NCBI GenBank assembly: GCA_963845755.1
Contig: CAWJTV010000005.1
Coordinates: forward strand, 224,001 to 288,000
Source of the DNA: an uncultured Planctomycetota bacterium
Lineage (GTDB): Bacteria > Planctomycetota > Planctomycetia > Isosphaerales > Isosphaeraceae
Direction of reading: 5' to 3'
DNA length: 64,000 nucleotides
This document shows, piece by piece, positions 39,154 to 49,779 of the stretch. Each line of letters opens with the position of its first letter. The first letter of the stretch is position 1. Below the pieces are notes generated by a model that was given only the letters and a program-made list of their open reading frames with translations, was not told where the DNA came from and did not search any database. Made by a program: the position numbers and the translations under genes.

Positions 39154-41850
39154 TCAGGATCCATTGGCCTGGCCGTTGGGTGCCGATGTGGGGATGGACT
39201 TGGGCGCGAAGCCGAGGATGACGCGGCAGGGCGCGTTCTCCAGGACGTATCGGGTGTTGGAGGCGAAGGCCGTGGTATCGCCGCGCCGATAGACGCCGCG
39301 GAGGCTCATGAAGATCGCGTCGAACTTGCCGTCCACGGCGGCGCGGACGATCTCGGGACCGGCCTCTCCATGCGTGACGCGCCACTCGACGATCCGTCCG
39401 AGCTCGCGGGCGCGCTCGAGTCCCCGCTCGACGATCTGCTTGGCCTCCTCGGTGGTATCGGTCCCGCCCTCGGATTCTCCCTCCTCGACGACATCGATCA
39501 GCGTCACCGCGATGGCCGGGTCGAGGAAGCTCATGACGGTGTCGAGGAAGTCGGCGCTCAACGGGCTGCCGTCGTAGGCCAGGAGCAGGCGCTCGACGCC
39601 GTGCCAGCTCTTGCGGAGTTCGGCGAGCATTCGCGCCGATTCGGCGGCGGCGGCACCGGGCTTGGGAATCTGGCTTCCGCCGGCGATGTCCAGCCGCGCG
39701 TCGCGGTCCTTCCCGAGCACGCGGATCGACAGCGGCTCCGGTTTGGCGCCGCAGAGGTTGAACCAGTAGAGCGCCGCCAGGTCGAGCTGGTCCTCGGGGC
39801 GATACTTGTTCGACTGCCCCATGATCAATTCCTGGGCGCCAATGGTCTTTGCCGTCTGGGCCAGCGCGAAGAATGGCTCATTGGTCGGCACGATGACCGG
39901 CTTGACCGGCTTACCGGCATGCTCGGCCAGGTTGACCACGGCGGTAAGGAGCTGCCGGTCCTGCTCGGTGATGACCGGCTCGAGATCTCCGGAACCCTGC
40001 GGCAGCACGCTGGCGGTCATCACCACGACCTCGGTCGTCTCCGGATCCGTCTCGGCCAGGCAGCGCTCGAGCATGCCCAGATTGTAAGGCGAGCGGATCG
40101 CCACCAACTTGCGATAAGGCTTGCTGAGGTTCAGCGATTGGACGCTGAGCTGGTCGGTCTGCTTCTGGTTGAATTGCTCCAGATGCTCGTGGTGCTCCAT
40201 CGCGGCGCCTCTGCGACGGCGATGAGTGTGCTCACTGAGCCAGAAGACCAGATAGAATCCCGCAGTGAACGCGACGCCCGTGATCGTCGCCACCTCCTTG
40301 GTGAGCAAATTGCAGATGGCGGCCAGGGCCAGGACGAGGAAAATCAGGCCCATGCCGATCGGCCAGTCGACCTGGCCGACGCGGATATTCAGCGGCACCT
40401 CGTACTCGCGCGGCTGACGACGCGTGAAGCGCAGGACCAGCATCGACAGCGACATGAAGACGAAGCTCCAGACGACGCCGAAAGCATACGCCTCGCCCAG
40501 GGTCAACACATTGCCGCGGCTGGCCACGATCGTGACGATCTGGAGGATGACCACCAGGTTGATCAGCCGGGACGACGTCCCGAACCGCGGATGCGGCCTG
40601 AGGAACCAATCGGGGAGGACGCCGTCCTCCGAGACTCGGTTGAGCACGCCGTTGGAGCCGACGATCGCCGTGTTGACGGCGCCGGAGAGGATGAGAAAGC
40701 CGACGACCACGACGACTCCATTGAGGATCAGACGCGCCCATTGCGGACCCACCACGCTCATCGCCAGGCCGCCGATGAGGTTACCGCTGTACTGCGACAT
40801 CCGGATATTGTCCGGGATGATCATCACCGCGAAGAAGCTGATCATCGAGGTGAACAGCAAGCTGTAGAGGAACACGACGAGCGCGGCACGTTTGAAATTC
40901 TTGAGCTTCGGACTTTCCACCTCGCGATAGACTTGCGCCAGGGTTTCCTCCCCACTCATGGCCAGGATCGAGTGTCCGAAAGCCATGAGCAGTCCCACCA
41001 CGCCGATCAAATTCCACCAGTGGCCGGTAGTCGGCTTCACCCGCAGTGCCTCGCCGACTCGGGTCTCGCCGAGGAAGCCGAGCGGATCGACCTGCTTACC
41101 GAACGGGTCGAGCATCGGCTTGCCTCCGGCGTCCACTTTCTTGCTAAGGTCGGGCATCGGCGAGGGGAGGTTATGCAGGGTCTCGGGCCGGACCGCGAGC
41201 GTTACCAGGCACCAGACCACCATGATGACCCCCATGATCGTCGTGGCCATCATGATCTTCAGCGCCCGATCGCTCGACTCGTGGATCCCCTGAATGTTGA
41301 CTCGCCAGAAGTAGACGGTCACTCCGATGGCGATCGCCGCCGACAGCGCATTCTGATGCTGGAGCATGAAACTGTCAGGACCGAGCGCGAACACTTCGTT
41401 GAGCAACCCGATGATGTATTGTCCGGCTGTGACTGAGCTGCAAGGGCCGGTCAGGATGTAATCGAACAACAATGCCGAGACCGCCAGCCGCGCGAACTGA
41501 CTTCCCATGGCCTCCTTGACGATGCGGTACACCCCGCCGCGGACGAACATCGAGCAGCTCTCGATGTAGACACTCCGCACGGCATAGCTGAATACCATCA
41601 CCGCCAGGATGAACCACGGGGCCGCCTTGCCGATTTGCGACTCGACGATGCCGCCGATGTAATACGCCGTGCTCGCCAGGTCGCAGAGGACGATTGCCGC
41701 GGTTCGCCAGTAGGAGATGAACGTGAACATCACGCTCGTGACGACCAGCACCTGGCCGGACGTCGGTCCGCGCCGTTTGGGACGCGGCACGGTGGTTGTC
41801 GTGGATGATAAAGGGTCCGATGGGTTCGAGGAGGGGTCGCCGTCAGCCAT
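39154..41850 (-). CDS. APC-superfamily permease (KimA/YdaO-like) with C-terminal universal-stress-protein-like domains
   Basis: About 12 TM helices, DLASTAYY, SGEE and YAFGV. C-terminal LLAYDGS..G.AGPEIV..A..D.I.M..NAPC.V is a USP pattern. Confidence 0.9.
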   Translation of the reverse strand: MADGDPSSNPSDPLSSTTTTVPRPKRRGPTSGQVLVVTSVMFTFISYWRTAAIVLCDLASTAYYIGGIVESQIGKAAPWFILAVMVFSYAVRSVYIESCSMFVRGGVYRIVKEAMGSQFARLAVSALLFDYILTGPCSSVTAGQYIIGLLNEVFALGPDSFMLQHQNALSAAIAIGVTVYFWRVNIQGIHESSDRALKIMMATTIMGVIMVVWCLVTLAVRPETLHNLPSPMPDLSKKVDAGGKPMLDPFGKQVDPLGFLGETRVGEALRVKPTTGHWWNLIGVVGLLMAFGHSILAMSGEETLAQVYREVESPKLKNFKRAALVVFLYSLLFTSMISFFAVMIIPDNIRMSQYSGNLIGGLAMSVVGPQWARLILNGVVVVVGFLILSGAVNTAIVGSNGVLNRVSEDGVLPDWFLRPHPRFGTSSRLINLVVILQIVTIVASRGNVLTLGEAYAFGVVWSFVFMSLSMLVLRFTRRQPREYEVPLNIRVGQVDWPIGMGLIFLVLALAAICNLLTKEVATITGVAFTAGFYLVFWLSEHTHRRRRGAAMEHHEHLEQFNQKQTDQLSVQSLNLSKPYRKLVAIRSPYNLGMLERCLAETDPETTEVVVMTASVLPQGSGDLEPVITEQDRQLLTAVVNLAEHAGKPVKPVIVPTNEPFFALAQTAKTIGAQELIMGQSNKYRPEDQLDLAALYWFNLCGAKPEPLSIRVLGKDRDARLDIAGGSQIPKPGAAAAESARMLAELRKSWHGVERLLLAYDGSPLSADFLDTVMSFLDPAIAVTLIDVVEEGESEGGTDTTEEAKQIVERGLERARELGRIVEWRVTHGEAGPEIVRAAVDGKFDAIFMSLRGVYRRGDTTAFASNTRYVLENAPCRVILGFAPKSIPTSAPNGQANGS

Positions 41851-41901
41851 CAGGATTGCGTTCCGGGAGACTCGATCGGATTGAATCGAACAAGTGGCTG
41901 A

Positions 41902-42465
41902 TTACAGCGGAGTTGCAGCGCGATCGTCAAGAGGAAGGGGAGCCTCGGGCGTTTCCCGACGTCGGGAGCTTGCCTGCAAGATCCGCGCCGCGCCGCCACA
42001 GGCGGCGATCGCGATCAGACCGAGTGCATCGCTCACGCCGTAGCCCAGCCAGTACAACCAGTCAACCGGGACCTTGAGAGGCCCGCTCGCGTAAATCTGG
42101 GCCGGCAGGGCCTCGAGCGCCGGATTGATGGCGGATTCAACCAGGAAGAGACCGACCCTGCCGAATGGGCCCCAATAGTATAATCCGGCATCCCCGAACC
42201 CCGAGGCGTCCATGCCGGTGTACTTGAGGATCGCCAGAGTGGCGGTGAGCCCGCCCAGCATCATCCCGATCAGTGTCTTATTCAAGGTTCCGGAATACAC
42301 CATGACCGCGTAAAGACCCAGGTTGAGCGTGACGATGTTCAGAAACACAAACGGATGGAGCACGAAATCCCGGCCGCCGAGCAGCCTGTACAACAGCAAG
42401 TTAAGCGATGCCAGGATGGTCAACCGCATCATCGCGGCCGTGGAGAGTTTGTTGAAGAAGTGCAT
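41902..42465 (-). CDS. Hypothetical membrane protein
   Basis: MHFFNKLSTAAMMRLTILASLNLL.. with a GAGGG RBS and about 4 hydrophobic segments; 3' part of ORF 41902..42930. Confidence 0.7.
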   Translation of the reverse strand: MHFFNKLSTAAMMRLTILASLNLLLYRLLGGRDFVLHPFVFLNIVTLNLGLYAVMVYSGTLNKTLIGMMLGGLTATLAILKYTGMDASGFGDAGLYYWGPFGRVGLFLVESAINPALEALPAQIYASGPLKVPVDWLYWLGYGVSDALGLIAIAACGGAARILQASSRRRETPEAPLPLDDRAATPL

Positions 42466-42484
42466 GGTCAAGTCCCTCGATGAG

Positions 42485-43550
42485 TCAAGGCGGGTTTCGC
42501 GGCGGCGGCTCCAGTCGTCGAGAGACTTCCGTCGCCACGACTTCCGTGAAACTGTCGGTCGATTCCTCTCCGCCCAGGTCGCGGGTGCGGACTCCCTGGC
42601 GCAAGAGGTCCAACGTCGCGTTCTTGACGGCCTGCCCGGCGCTGATCTCGCCGAGCTGGTAGAGCAACAGCGACAGGGCCAGGAAGATCGCCGTGGGGTT
42701 GGCCAGGTTCTTGCCGGCGATGTCGGGAGCCGTGCCATGGGCGGCGTCGAAGAGGGCGACACGGACGACGGTGGCCGCGTCGAAGCCGAGATTGGCGCGG
42801 CGCCAATGCCCAGCGAGCCGGCCAGTCCGCAGGCCATATCCGAGAGGAAATCGCCGTACTCGTTCAGCACGAGGACGATCTGGAACTTCTCGGGCGCCAT
42901 GATCACCTTGCCGAGCAGGGCGTCGAACAACTCGACCGAGTGCGGTACCTCGTGGAACTGCTCGGCAACTTCCCGGGTGACGCGTTCGAACAGGCCGTCG
43001 GTCGCCTTCTGGATGGTGTATTTCGACGAGCTGGTGACTTTCTTGCCGGTCTTGCGCGCAGGTTGAAGGCATAGCGGGCCGCCTCGCTGACCGGTCGCCG
43101 CTCGACGATTCGAAGGCTGACCGCCCCATCCTCGCCGATCATCCGCCCGGGATCGTCGTAGGTGCCACCGGTGGCGATCCGGACGATGTCCAGGTCAAGC
43201 TCCCGACGGAAGTTGGTCGGTACCCCGGGGATCGTGTATACCGGCCGGTGGATGACCGAGAGGTCCAACCGGCGCCTGAGGATCGCATTCGGGCTCTCCT
43301 CGGCGGTGGTTGTCGGATGCTTCAGCGCCACTCGCGTGGATGTGATGGCTTCGACGGCCTCGTCGTAGACGGCCTTGCCGCGAGCCCGGCGATTCTCGAG
43401 ACGAAAATCCACGGGGATGAACTCGAGCCGAATCGGTAGCACTTCGGCCAGCCGGTGGATTGCTCGGGACAGCTCCGCGCCGATGCCATCGCCCAGGAGC
43501 TCCGTGACGGGGTAGGTCGGACGCATCAGTCGGCAGGTCTCCATGGCCAT
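42485..43550 (-). CDS. Isocitrate/isopropylmalate dehydrogenase family protein; two frameshifts (~43060, ~42800)
   Basis: GDGIG.E, SPN..LRR.LDL, NEYGDFLSD, HGTAPDIAGKNLANP and TRDLGG, spread across three frames. Confidence 0.88.
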
Positions 43551-43626
43551 CGCAGCGCCGCGGACGCGTCCCGGCACCGTTGGGAGACACCCATGAGCCC
43601 AGGTCTTAGAGTCGGTCCCAGAAGGG

Positions 43627-43698
43627 CGAGCGGGGGCGTCAGCCCCCTGTCCGGTGAGCGACGGACCTCCAAGACAGGGGGCTGACGCCCCCCGCTCG
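43627..43698. repeat. REP-like palindrome family A, second copy
   Basis: CGAGCGGGGGCGTCAGCCCCCTGTC ... GACAGGGGGCTGACGCCCCCCGCTCG. Confidence 0.9.
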
Positions 43699-44004
43699 AC
43701 CGGACCGGCCCCTTCTGGCACAGACTCTTACCGCGACCGCGACTTCCGATTGTATGAGCCGGTCGGCAAAAGCGTCAAATCCGACTCCGGCCGCCGCGAA
43801 CTTGGCCGGTCCACTTGGCAGCACCTCTCGGCGGGGGGTATATTAAGAGTGAAGGGGTCGTCCCGGGCTCCGCGGAACGACTTCCTGAGTTCTTCGTCGG
43901 TTTCCCCTCGTCTCTTATCAGCTCGGCGAGTGGATCGAAGAGGCTGGCGCCGAATTCCTGCGGCGAGGATGGCGAGGTCTCCGACCACGGGCGGGAGAGG
44001 TCTG

Positions 44005-44532
44005 ATGTCCACCGCGGGTAAGGTTCTTGTCGTCTTCGTCATGTTGACCACGATGCTCTGGATGATCCTGGCAGGCGGGGTCGCCCAGCTCAATCGCAAT
44101 GGCAACGCGGCCCTGCAGAAACTCGCGGACGATATCGAAAAAATGGATGCGGAACTGATAAGCGCCAAGCACGAGATCCTGGACCTTCGAGATCAGACGG
44201 CCTTCAGCCAGGAATCCATCGACCGAGAGGTTGCGGTCCTGCGATCCCGGCAGGCGGACCTGGAGGATGCGCACTCCCAGATTTCGGAGAGCCTCTCGCG
44301 ATTGCGATATCAACAGGCGACCGTGGAAGAGACGATCAAGACCGCACAAACCTCGCTCCAGAACCGCAATAAAGAACACCAGGACGAAGAGAAAGCAATC
44401 GACGATCTGAGGACGGAAGTCCGGGGCCTCAAGACCGACAACACTCAACTCATGGCCCGACTCCAGTCGCTACGCGACAAGTTCCAGGAGACGTACGGCT
44501 CCAACCTAAAGATGCTCAACCAGCGACAGTGA
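44005..44532 (+). CDS. Membrane-anchored coiled-coil protein
   Basis: MSTAGKVLVVFVMLTTMLWMIL TM segment followed by a heptad-rich helix. Confidence 0.8.
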   Translation: MSTAGKVLVVFVMLTTMLWMILAGGVAQLNRNGNAALQKLADDIEKMDAELISAKHEILDLRDQTAFSQESIDREVAVLRSRQADLEDAHSQISESLSRLRYQQATVEETIKTAQTSLQNRNKEHQDEEKAIDDLRTEVRGLKTDNTQLMARLQSLRDKFQETYGSNLKMLNQRQ

Positions 44533-45692
44533 CCGGATCACACGACGGCGAGAGGATGGACAGCGGCCGGCGCTCCGAGGTGTGCCATCATTCGGACTTC
44601 AGGGCCGTGGAGGTCGGATCGGCTGTCTCAACGGCGAGCGATCGGGGTGCCCTCTCCGCGGACTGGGTCGGAATCGTGGCGAATCGGGGTTCGGGGCTGG
44701 GACGGGGTCGCCGGCTGGTCGAGGAGCTAATCTCACAGTTACGACGATTAGGGCTGCGGGCAGAAGTCGCCTGGACCCCCGAAGAACGTTCGTCCCTGGT
44801 CAGCCAGGCGACGCGCGACGGCACATGCCGATGCCTCGTGGCCGTTGGAGGCGATGGGACCGTCTCGGCCCTCTTGAACGAACGGCCACACCGGCCGGTT
44901 ACGGTGCTGCCGGCGGGTACGGAGAACCTCGTTGCCCGCCATTTCGGCCTCCCGCGGAACCCCCGAATCCTGGCCAGGACGATCGCTGCCGGGCGGTCCC
45001 TTTCGGTTGACGTCGGCCAGTCGGACGACCGCCGCTTTCTCCTGATGGCCGGCTTCGGGTTCGACGCCGACGTCGTGACCCGGCATCATCGAGGACGGCT
45101 CTCACGATCGGGCCGCATTCGGCCCACTCATCGGATGGCCTACGTCGAGCCGATCCTGCGGTCAAGCTTTTCTTATCGGTTCCCCAGGATCTCGGTCCGA
45201 ATCGCCGACCCGGGTCTCGAGGAAGTCTTGCGCGGAACGACCGTGTTCGTGTTCAACCTGCCCCGGTACGCGCTGGGGCTGCCGTTCGTCCCCGTCGCTC
45301 GCGAGGACGATGGTTGGCTCGATCTGGTCGTCTTCCGGGAGCCGGGACCGTTCCAGGCCCTCTTCTACTTGTGGAAAGTCTTCTGCGGTATCCACCTCGG
45401 TGATCCCGGCGTCTTCCATCGCCGGATCCGGAAAGTGATTGTGACCGCAGAGGAACCGATCCCGGTCCAGCTCGATGGCGATCCCGGCGGCTACCTGCTA
45501 CCTCACGGCGCTGAATCTCCGGACGCAGGCCACCGACCTGTCCCTCATGCCGAAAACCTACCGGCGAATGGTCGCGACCACCTCGCCGAGTGGACCATCG
45601 AGATCCTCCCCTCCGCGCTGAAGGTCCTCGTTCCCCCCGGGCGCTTCAAACGGGCGGAACGGCCTCCGCTCGCCCTCGATGGCGCCTCGTGA
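44529..45692 (+). CDS. Diacylglycerol/lipid kinase family protein
   Basis: [30 protein letters not shown] and QLDGD. Confidence 0.92.
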   Translation: MTGSHDGERMDSGRRSEVCHHSDFRAVEVGSAVSTASDRGALSADWVGIVANRGSGLGRGRRLVEELISQLRRLGLRAEVAWTPEERSSLVSQATRDGTCRCLVAVGGDGTVSALLNERPHRPVTVLPAGTENLVARHFGLPRNPRILARTIAAGRSLSVDVGQSDDRRFLLMAGFGFDADVVTRHHRGRLSRSGRIRPTHRMAYVEPILRSSFSYRFPRISVRIADPGLEEVLRGTTVFVFNLPRYALGLPFVPVAREDDGWLDLVVFREPGPFQALFYLWKVFCGIHLGDPGVFHRRIRKVIVTAEEPIPVQLDGDPGGYLLPHGAESPDAGHRPVPHAENLPANGRDHLAEWTIEILPSALKVLVPPGRFKRAERPPLALDGAS

Positions 45693-45786
45693 TATCCTCA
45701 ACGGCTGTTGGCGGGTCCCTCGTCGACTTTCCTGGAACGGACGGCCCGCCCAGGTCAACATGGCTGGAAGGATCAAGGAGGCAAGG

Positions 45787-46620
45787 ATGGCGACTTCCAA
45801 CCCCGTTCGAATCGGACCGGTCGAGATCGGCACGGACCGCCCACTGGCCTTGATCGCCGGCCCGTGTGTCATGGAGCCAGGCGGTATGACACTGCGAATC
45901 GCGCGGTTCCTGAGCGAACTGTGCGATTCCTTGAGGATTCCTCTCGTCTTCAAAGCCTCGTTCGACAAGGCAAATCGGACGTCCGGGTCGAGTTTTCGCG
46001 GTCCGGGCCTCGACGAAGGCATGAAGGTCTTTGAACGCGTCAAGGCCGAGACGGGCTTGCCGGTGACGACCGACGTGCACGAGACGATCCAGGCCGGGCC
46101 GATCGCCGAGGTGGTGGATTTGCTCCAGGTGCCCGCATTCCTCGCGCGGCAGACCGACTTGCTGGAAGCGGTGGCGGCCACCGGCCGGCCGGTCAACGTC
46201 AAGAAGGGGCAATTCATGGCCCCGTGGGACATGACTCAGGTCGCGATCAAGTTGACAGCCGCGGGGGCCGCGGGTGTGCTCTTGACGGAGCGAGGGACGA
46301 CCTTCGGCTACGGCCGGCTGGTCAACGACTTCCGCGCCATACCGCAGATGCAAACGACCGGCGCACCCGTCGTCTTCGACGCCACGCATTCGGTCCAACT
46401 CCCCGGCGCGGGTCCTGGCGGGACGGCTTCGGCCGGCCAGCGCGAGATGATTCCCACGCTGGCTAAGGCGGCCGTCGCCGCCGGTTGCGACGCCCTGTTC
46501 CTGGAGGTCCACCCCGACCCGGACCACGCCCTATCCGACGGACCGAACTCCTTGCAGATAGATGATTTACGAAGCCTGCTCCAGACCTGCCTCCGGATCC
46601 GAGCCGCACTGGCGGGCTAA
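45787..46620 (+). CDS. kdsA: 3-deoxy-8-phosphooctulonate (KDO8P) synthase
   Basis: [36 protein letters not shown] and DATHSVQ.P. Confidence 0.97.
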   Translation: MATSNPVRIGPVEIGTDRPLALIAGPCVMEPGGMTLRIARFLSELCDSLRIPLVFKASFDKANRTSGSSFRGPGLDEGMKVFERVKAETGLPVTTDVHETIQAGPIAEVVDLLQVPAFLARQTDLLEAVAATGRPVNVKKGQFMAPWDMTQVAIKLTAAGAAGVLLTERGTTFGYGRLVNDFRAIPQMQTTGAPVVFDATHSVQLPGAGPGGTASAGQREMIPTLAKAAVAAGCDALFLEVHPDPDHALSDGPNSLQIDDLRSLLQTCLRIRAALAG

Positions 46621-47022
46621 CCGCGTGGTCCCGACGGATGGGTCTTCCAAAGCTCCCGAACCCCGGAACATGCCCGGGCTCGATGAACCTTCTCTCTCGT
46701 TTGTGCGTAGAGTGAGAAAATGACGACGCGATGAGCGGGGTCTCGCCGTGCGCGGTGAGATATCGGACAATCGGATGGGTCGGAGATCGCATGCGACTCT
46801 GGATCGATCCGAACCTCGTCGCGATCCCGAAGGATCCGGCCGAGCCAGGCCGGAGTGCACTTGATAGTCCGCTTGGATCGATCATCCAGCAACCCCAGAC
46901 ACAACAAGCCGTTTTCGCCGGGACCGTCCCCGTACGGCCAGCCAGTCTGCCCCAACCGGAGCGGTCGGTTCGGCTCGTGCAGGAAACTGGCGACGACGAT
47001 AATTCACAGGAGTCTTCCGGCC

Positions 47023-48807
47023 TTGAATCGTCGTAATGGTCTCCGAAATCGGATGTTGACCGCCGGACTCGTACTGATCCTAATGGCCGGATGCGATTAC
47101 TCCTCTCCGGCGCCCGTGACACGAAGCGGTGGCATCTATCGGGAGGGGGCGGTTCCCAAATCCCCCAGTACTTTCGATGGGAACGTCGCCAGGAATAGCG
47201 CGGTCCGCCGGTCGCCGGAGGAGCGCAAGGCAATCCTCGATAGCGCGATTACTCTGATCAAAGGTGCAGCACTCCAGCCCGGTGGCCCGCACTTCGAGCA
47301 GGCGGTGAAGAAGCTCAATCAGTACTTCGAGGGGACGGATCCCACTGAATATCAACTCGACTCCGCCGCTCGGGAGTATCTCGGAACGCAATTGCCGCCG
47401 GCATTCATGAAGAATCTCCAGAGCCGGGAATGGGACTTCCGCAAGGACACGCGCCATATCGAAGATTGCATGATGTATTACCGGATCGCCAACCGAGTGG
47501 CAGGAACCGGTCACAACCTGGATCGGGTACGAAGGGTCTTCGATTGGGTCGTGCGACAGGTCCAGCTCGTGCCGCCCGGTGCGCTCGGTGCTGGCCAGTT
47601 GGGACAGGCCTACGCCCGCCCTTATGACGTGCTGCTCCGAGGGATGGCCACGGAGGCTGACGGAGCCTGGGCCGAGCGCGCCTGGTTGTTCATGGCGATG
47701 TGCCGCCAACTGGAGATCGATTCCGGCCTGCTCACCTACACCAGGGGTAACGCGATCGAGCCGATCGTGGCGACCGTCGGTGTCGAAGGCGACGCGAGTA
47801 GCCTTGCACCGAGTTCGCGCCGGAGTCAAAAGCCGGTCGTCATCTGGATCTGTGCGGTCCTGATCGACGATCGGGCTTATCTGTTCGACGCCCGTCTGGG
47901 TGTGGAGATCCCCGGACCCGGCGGTCAGGGCGTGGCGACCCTCGCCGATGTGCTGGCCGACCCCAGCCTCCTCGAGCGGATGAATCTCCCCGGTAAGGTC
48001 CCCTACTCGACCAGCCGGGCCTCGCTCCTGACCAGCCCGAGCAAGATCGGCGTCCTGCTCGACTCCAGCTCCAGCTACTTCGCGCCGAAGATGAGTATGC
48101 TCCAACGTGAGCTGGCCGGTGAGAACCGGACGATCCTTTATCGCCACCCCGCCGAGCAGCGCGACCACTTCACGCGCGTGCTGGCCCCATATAACGGGAA
48201 TGTGACCCTCTGGCCACTCCCGCTGGAGGTCGAGAACCGCCTCTTCACGGACTCTCGTTTCGTCGAGTCGGTCCAATATTCACTCGGCTTCTTCAGCGCC
48301 GACTATCCACTGGTCTATGCCCGTGTCAAGCAACTCCGGGGCGACCTGGATGTAGCGATCGACGAATATGGCAAATTCCGGTTAAGGGAGAACATACCCC
48401 TGGTCACCGACAAGACGAAGAAGAAGCTGATCGCCCCGGAGGTCCAGGAGGGACTCGATATCTACGCGACGTATTATATGGGACTTGCCCAACTCGAGCG
48501 GAACAATCTCGAACTGGCCGAGCTGATGTTTCGCAAGACGCTCGACCTCCTGCCCGCGCCGGCTCCGATGCAGCCCTATTACAGCATGTTCCGCTGGGGT
48601 GCCAACGCTAACCTGGGCCGCATTCTAGAGGCCCGGAATAGCCTACGCGAGGCGGTCGCCTACTACACTCAGGACGACCCGACGTTCCAGCACGCCGGCA
48701 ACCTGCTCCGCGCCCGGGATCTGGTGTGGACCGATCCCATGGTCCCGGTCCCCGACCCGCTCCCCCCTGCGCCCGAGCCGAAAAGCCATCGTGTGCACCG
48801 TCCGTGA
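47023..48807 (+). CDS. Lipoprotein with a transglutaminase-like core and C-terminal TPR; start uncertain
   Basis: LILMAGC lipobox; VFDWVVRQVQL..LLRG..ERAWLF..CRQ..YLFD; TPR-like ATYYMGLAQLE and ANLGRILE. Confidence 0.75.
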   Translation: MNRRNGLRNRMLTAGLVLILMAGCDYSSPAPVTRSGGIYREGAVPKSPSTFDGNVARNSAVRRSPEERKAILDSAITLIKGAALQPGGPHFEQAVKKLNQYFEGTDPTEYQLDSAAREYLGTQLPPAFMKNLQSREWDFRKDTRHIEDCMMYYRIANRVAGTGHNLDRVRRVFDWVVRQVQLVPPGALGAGQLGQAYARPYDVLLRGMATEADGAWAERAWLFMAMCRQLEIDSGLLTYTRGNAIEPIVATVGVEGDASSLAPSSRRSQKPVVIWICAVLIDDRAYLFDARLGVEIPGPGGQGVATLADVLADPSLLERMNLPGKVPYSTSRASLLTSPSKIGVLLDSSSSYFAPKMSMLQRELAGENRTILYRHPAEQRDHFTRVLAPYNGNVTLWPLPLEVENRLFTDSRFVESVQYSLGFFSADYPLVYARVKQLRGDLDVAIDEYGKFRLRENIPLVTDKTKKKLIAPEVQEGLDIYATYYMGLAQLERNNLELAELMFRKTLDLLPAPAPMQPYYSMFRWGANANLGRILEARNSLREAVAYYTQDDPTFQHAGNLLRARDLVWTDPMVPVPDPLPPAPEPKSHRVHRP

Positions 48808-49390
48808 TCCGAGAGTACGTGGCGCCGTCCCGGCCGGCCCTCCAGACCTCGCCGTTCGGAGAGTGCCGGCAATGCGCCGCAACCATCGCGGCGCCATCGT
48901 TCCGTCGTCGATCCGCGCCCACCTCGACCGATGAGTGCCTCTCCATGAAGAGGGACCGGTAATATCGCGTCCCGAAAATAATCTGCAAGTCTTTAAATCA
49001 TCAATAGTTCGGTGGCGTTCCTCCCTGTCTGCAGCCGACGCAGATCTCAGGTAGGACGCCTCCCCTGTCGCCTCTCGCGGAAGAAAAGGGCGGTAATTCG
49101 GATTCACGTCTGATTCAGGTCACTTCATCTGATTCATGCACGTCCTGGATCGTCCGCTGCGCCCGTCCTACGACGCGATCGAAGGACGTTCCGCTGCTTA
49201 GCAGGACGATTCTTTGGGAATTACCGGATTTGAGGAGATTACCGAATCCATTGATGGAACCGAAAGAACTTGTTGAGAAGGCTAGACAAGGACGCCATTT
49301 TTTCTTATGAAGTAGGGGCGGAATCCCGTTGCAATTGTCCGGCGACAGCGGCAAACTGAAAATCTTGTTCATCCTTCGTAATCAGATGGT

Positions 49391-49779
49391 CTGTCAGGGG
49401 TCGTGTGACGGTGGGAGCGTCTTTGCGACCTCTGAGCGTTCTTCCGAAGGAGGAAGGCGGTACTGGTAGAGGCTACCCGGGACGCGGAGTTGCTGATGTG
49501 CGGAGACGTATGTTCCGGGAGAGGTGACCTCTGACACCCAATCCACCGCCTGCTGACAGGCGGCCGTAGTCGAGGATCCAGGGCAGCCCACGGGCGTTTG
49601 TCCTAGGCTGTAGACGAGCTTCTGACGGATCGGGACGCCCCGTCCGTCGGGTGACACCCATGCAGGGTGGAGGCAACTGATCGAGCAACCGCCCGACCGC
49701 TGAACCGGTCGAACGGGACGATAGATGCGCGGAACTTTGCCGATGCGGGTGGCGGCGTCACGGCACGCCCGACTCGGCC
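49391..49779 (+). ncRNA. Candidate structured RNA (unknown class) in the leader of the giant gene
   Basis: Two multi-branched domains closed by long-range helices, with several G-U-compatible pairs on the + strand. No convincing CDS. Details under findings. Confidence 0.5.

Noticed and set aside
41902..42930. Apparent dehydrogenase-membrane protein fusion
   Set aside because: Artefact of the ~42800 frameshift. The dehydrogenase ends at 42485 and the membrane gene has its own RBS and ATG at 42465.
49456..49467. GGCGGTAC resembling an RfaH ops element
   Set aside because: Only a partial match, likely by chance in GC-rich DNA, and no NusG paralog in the window.
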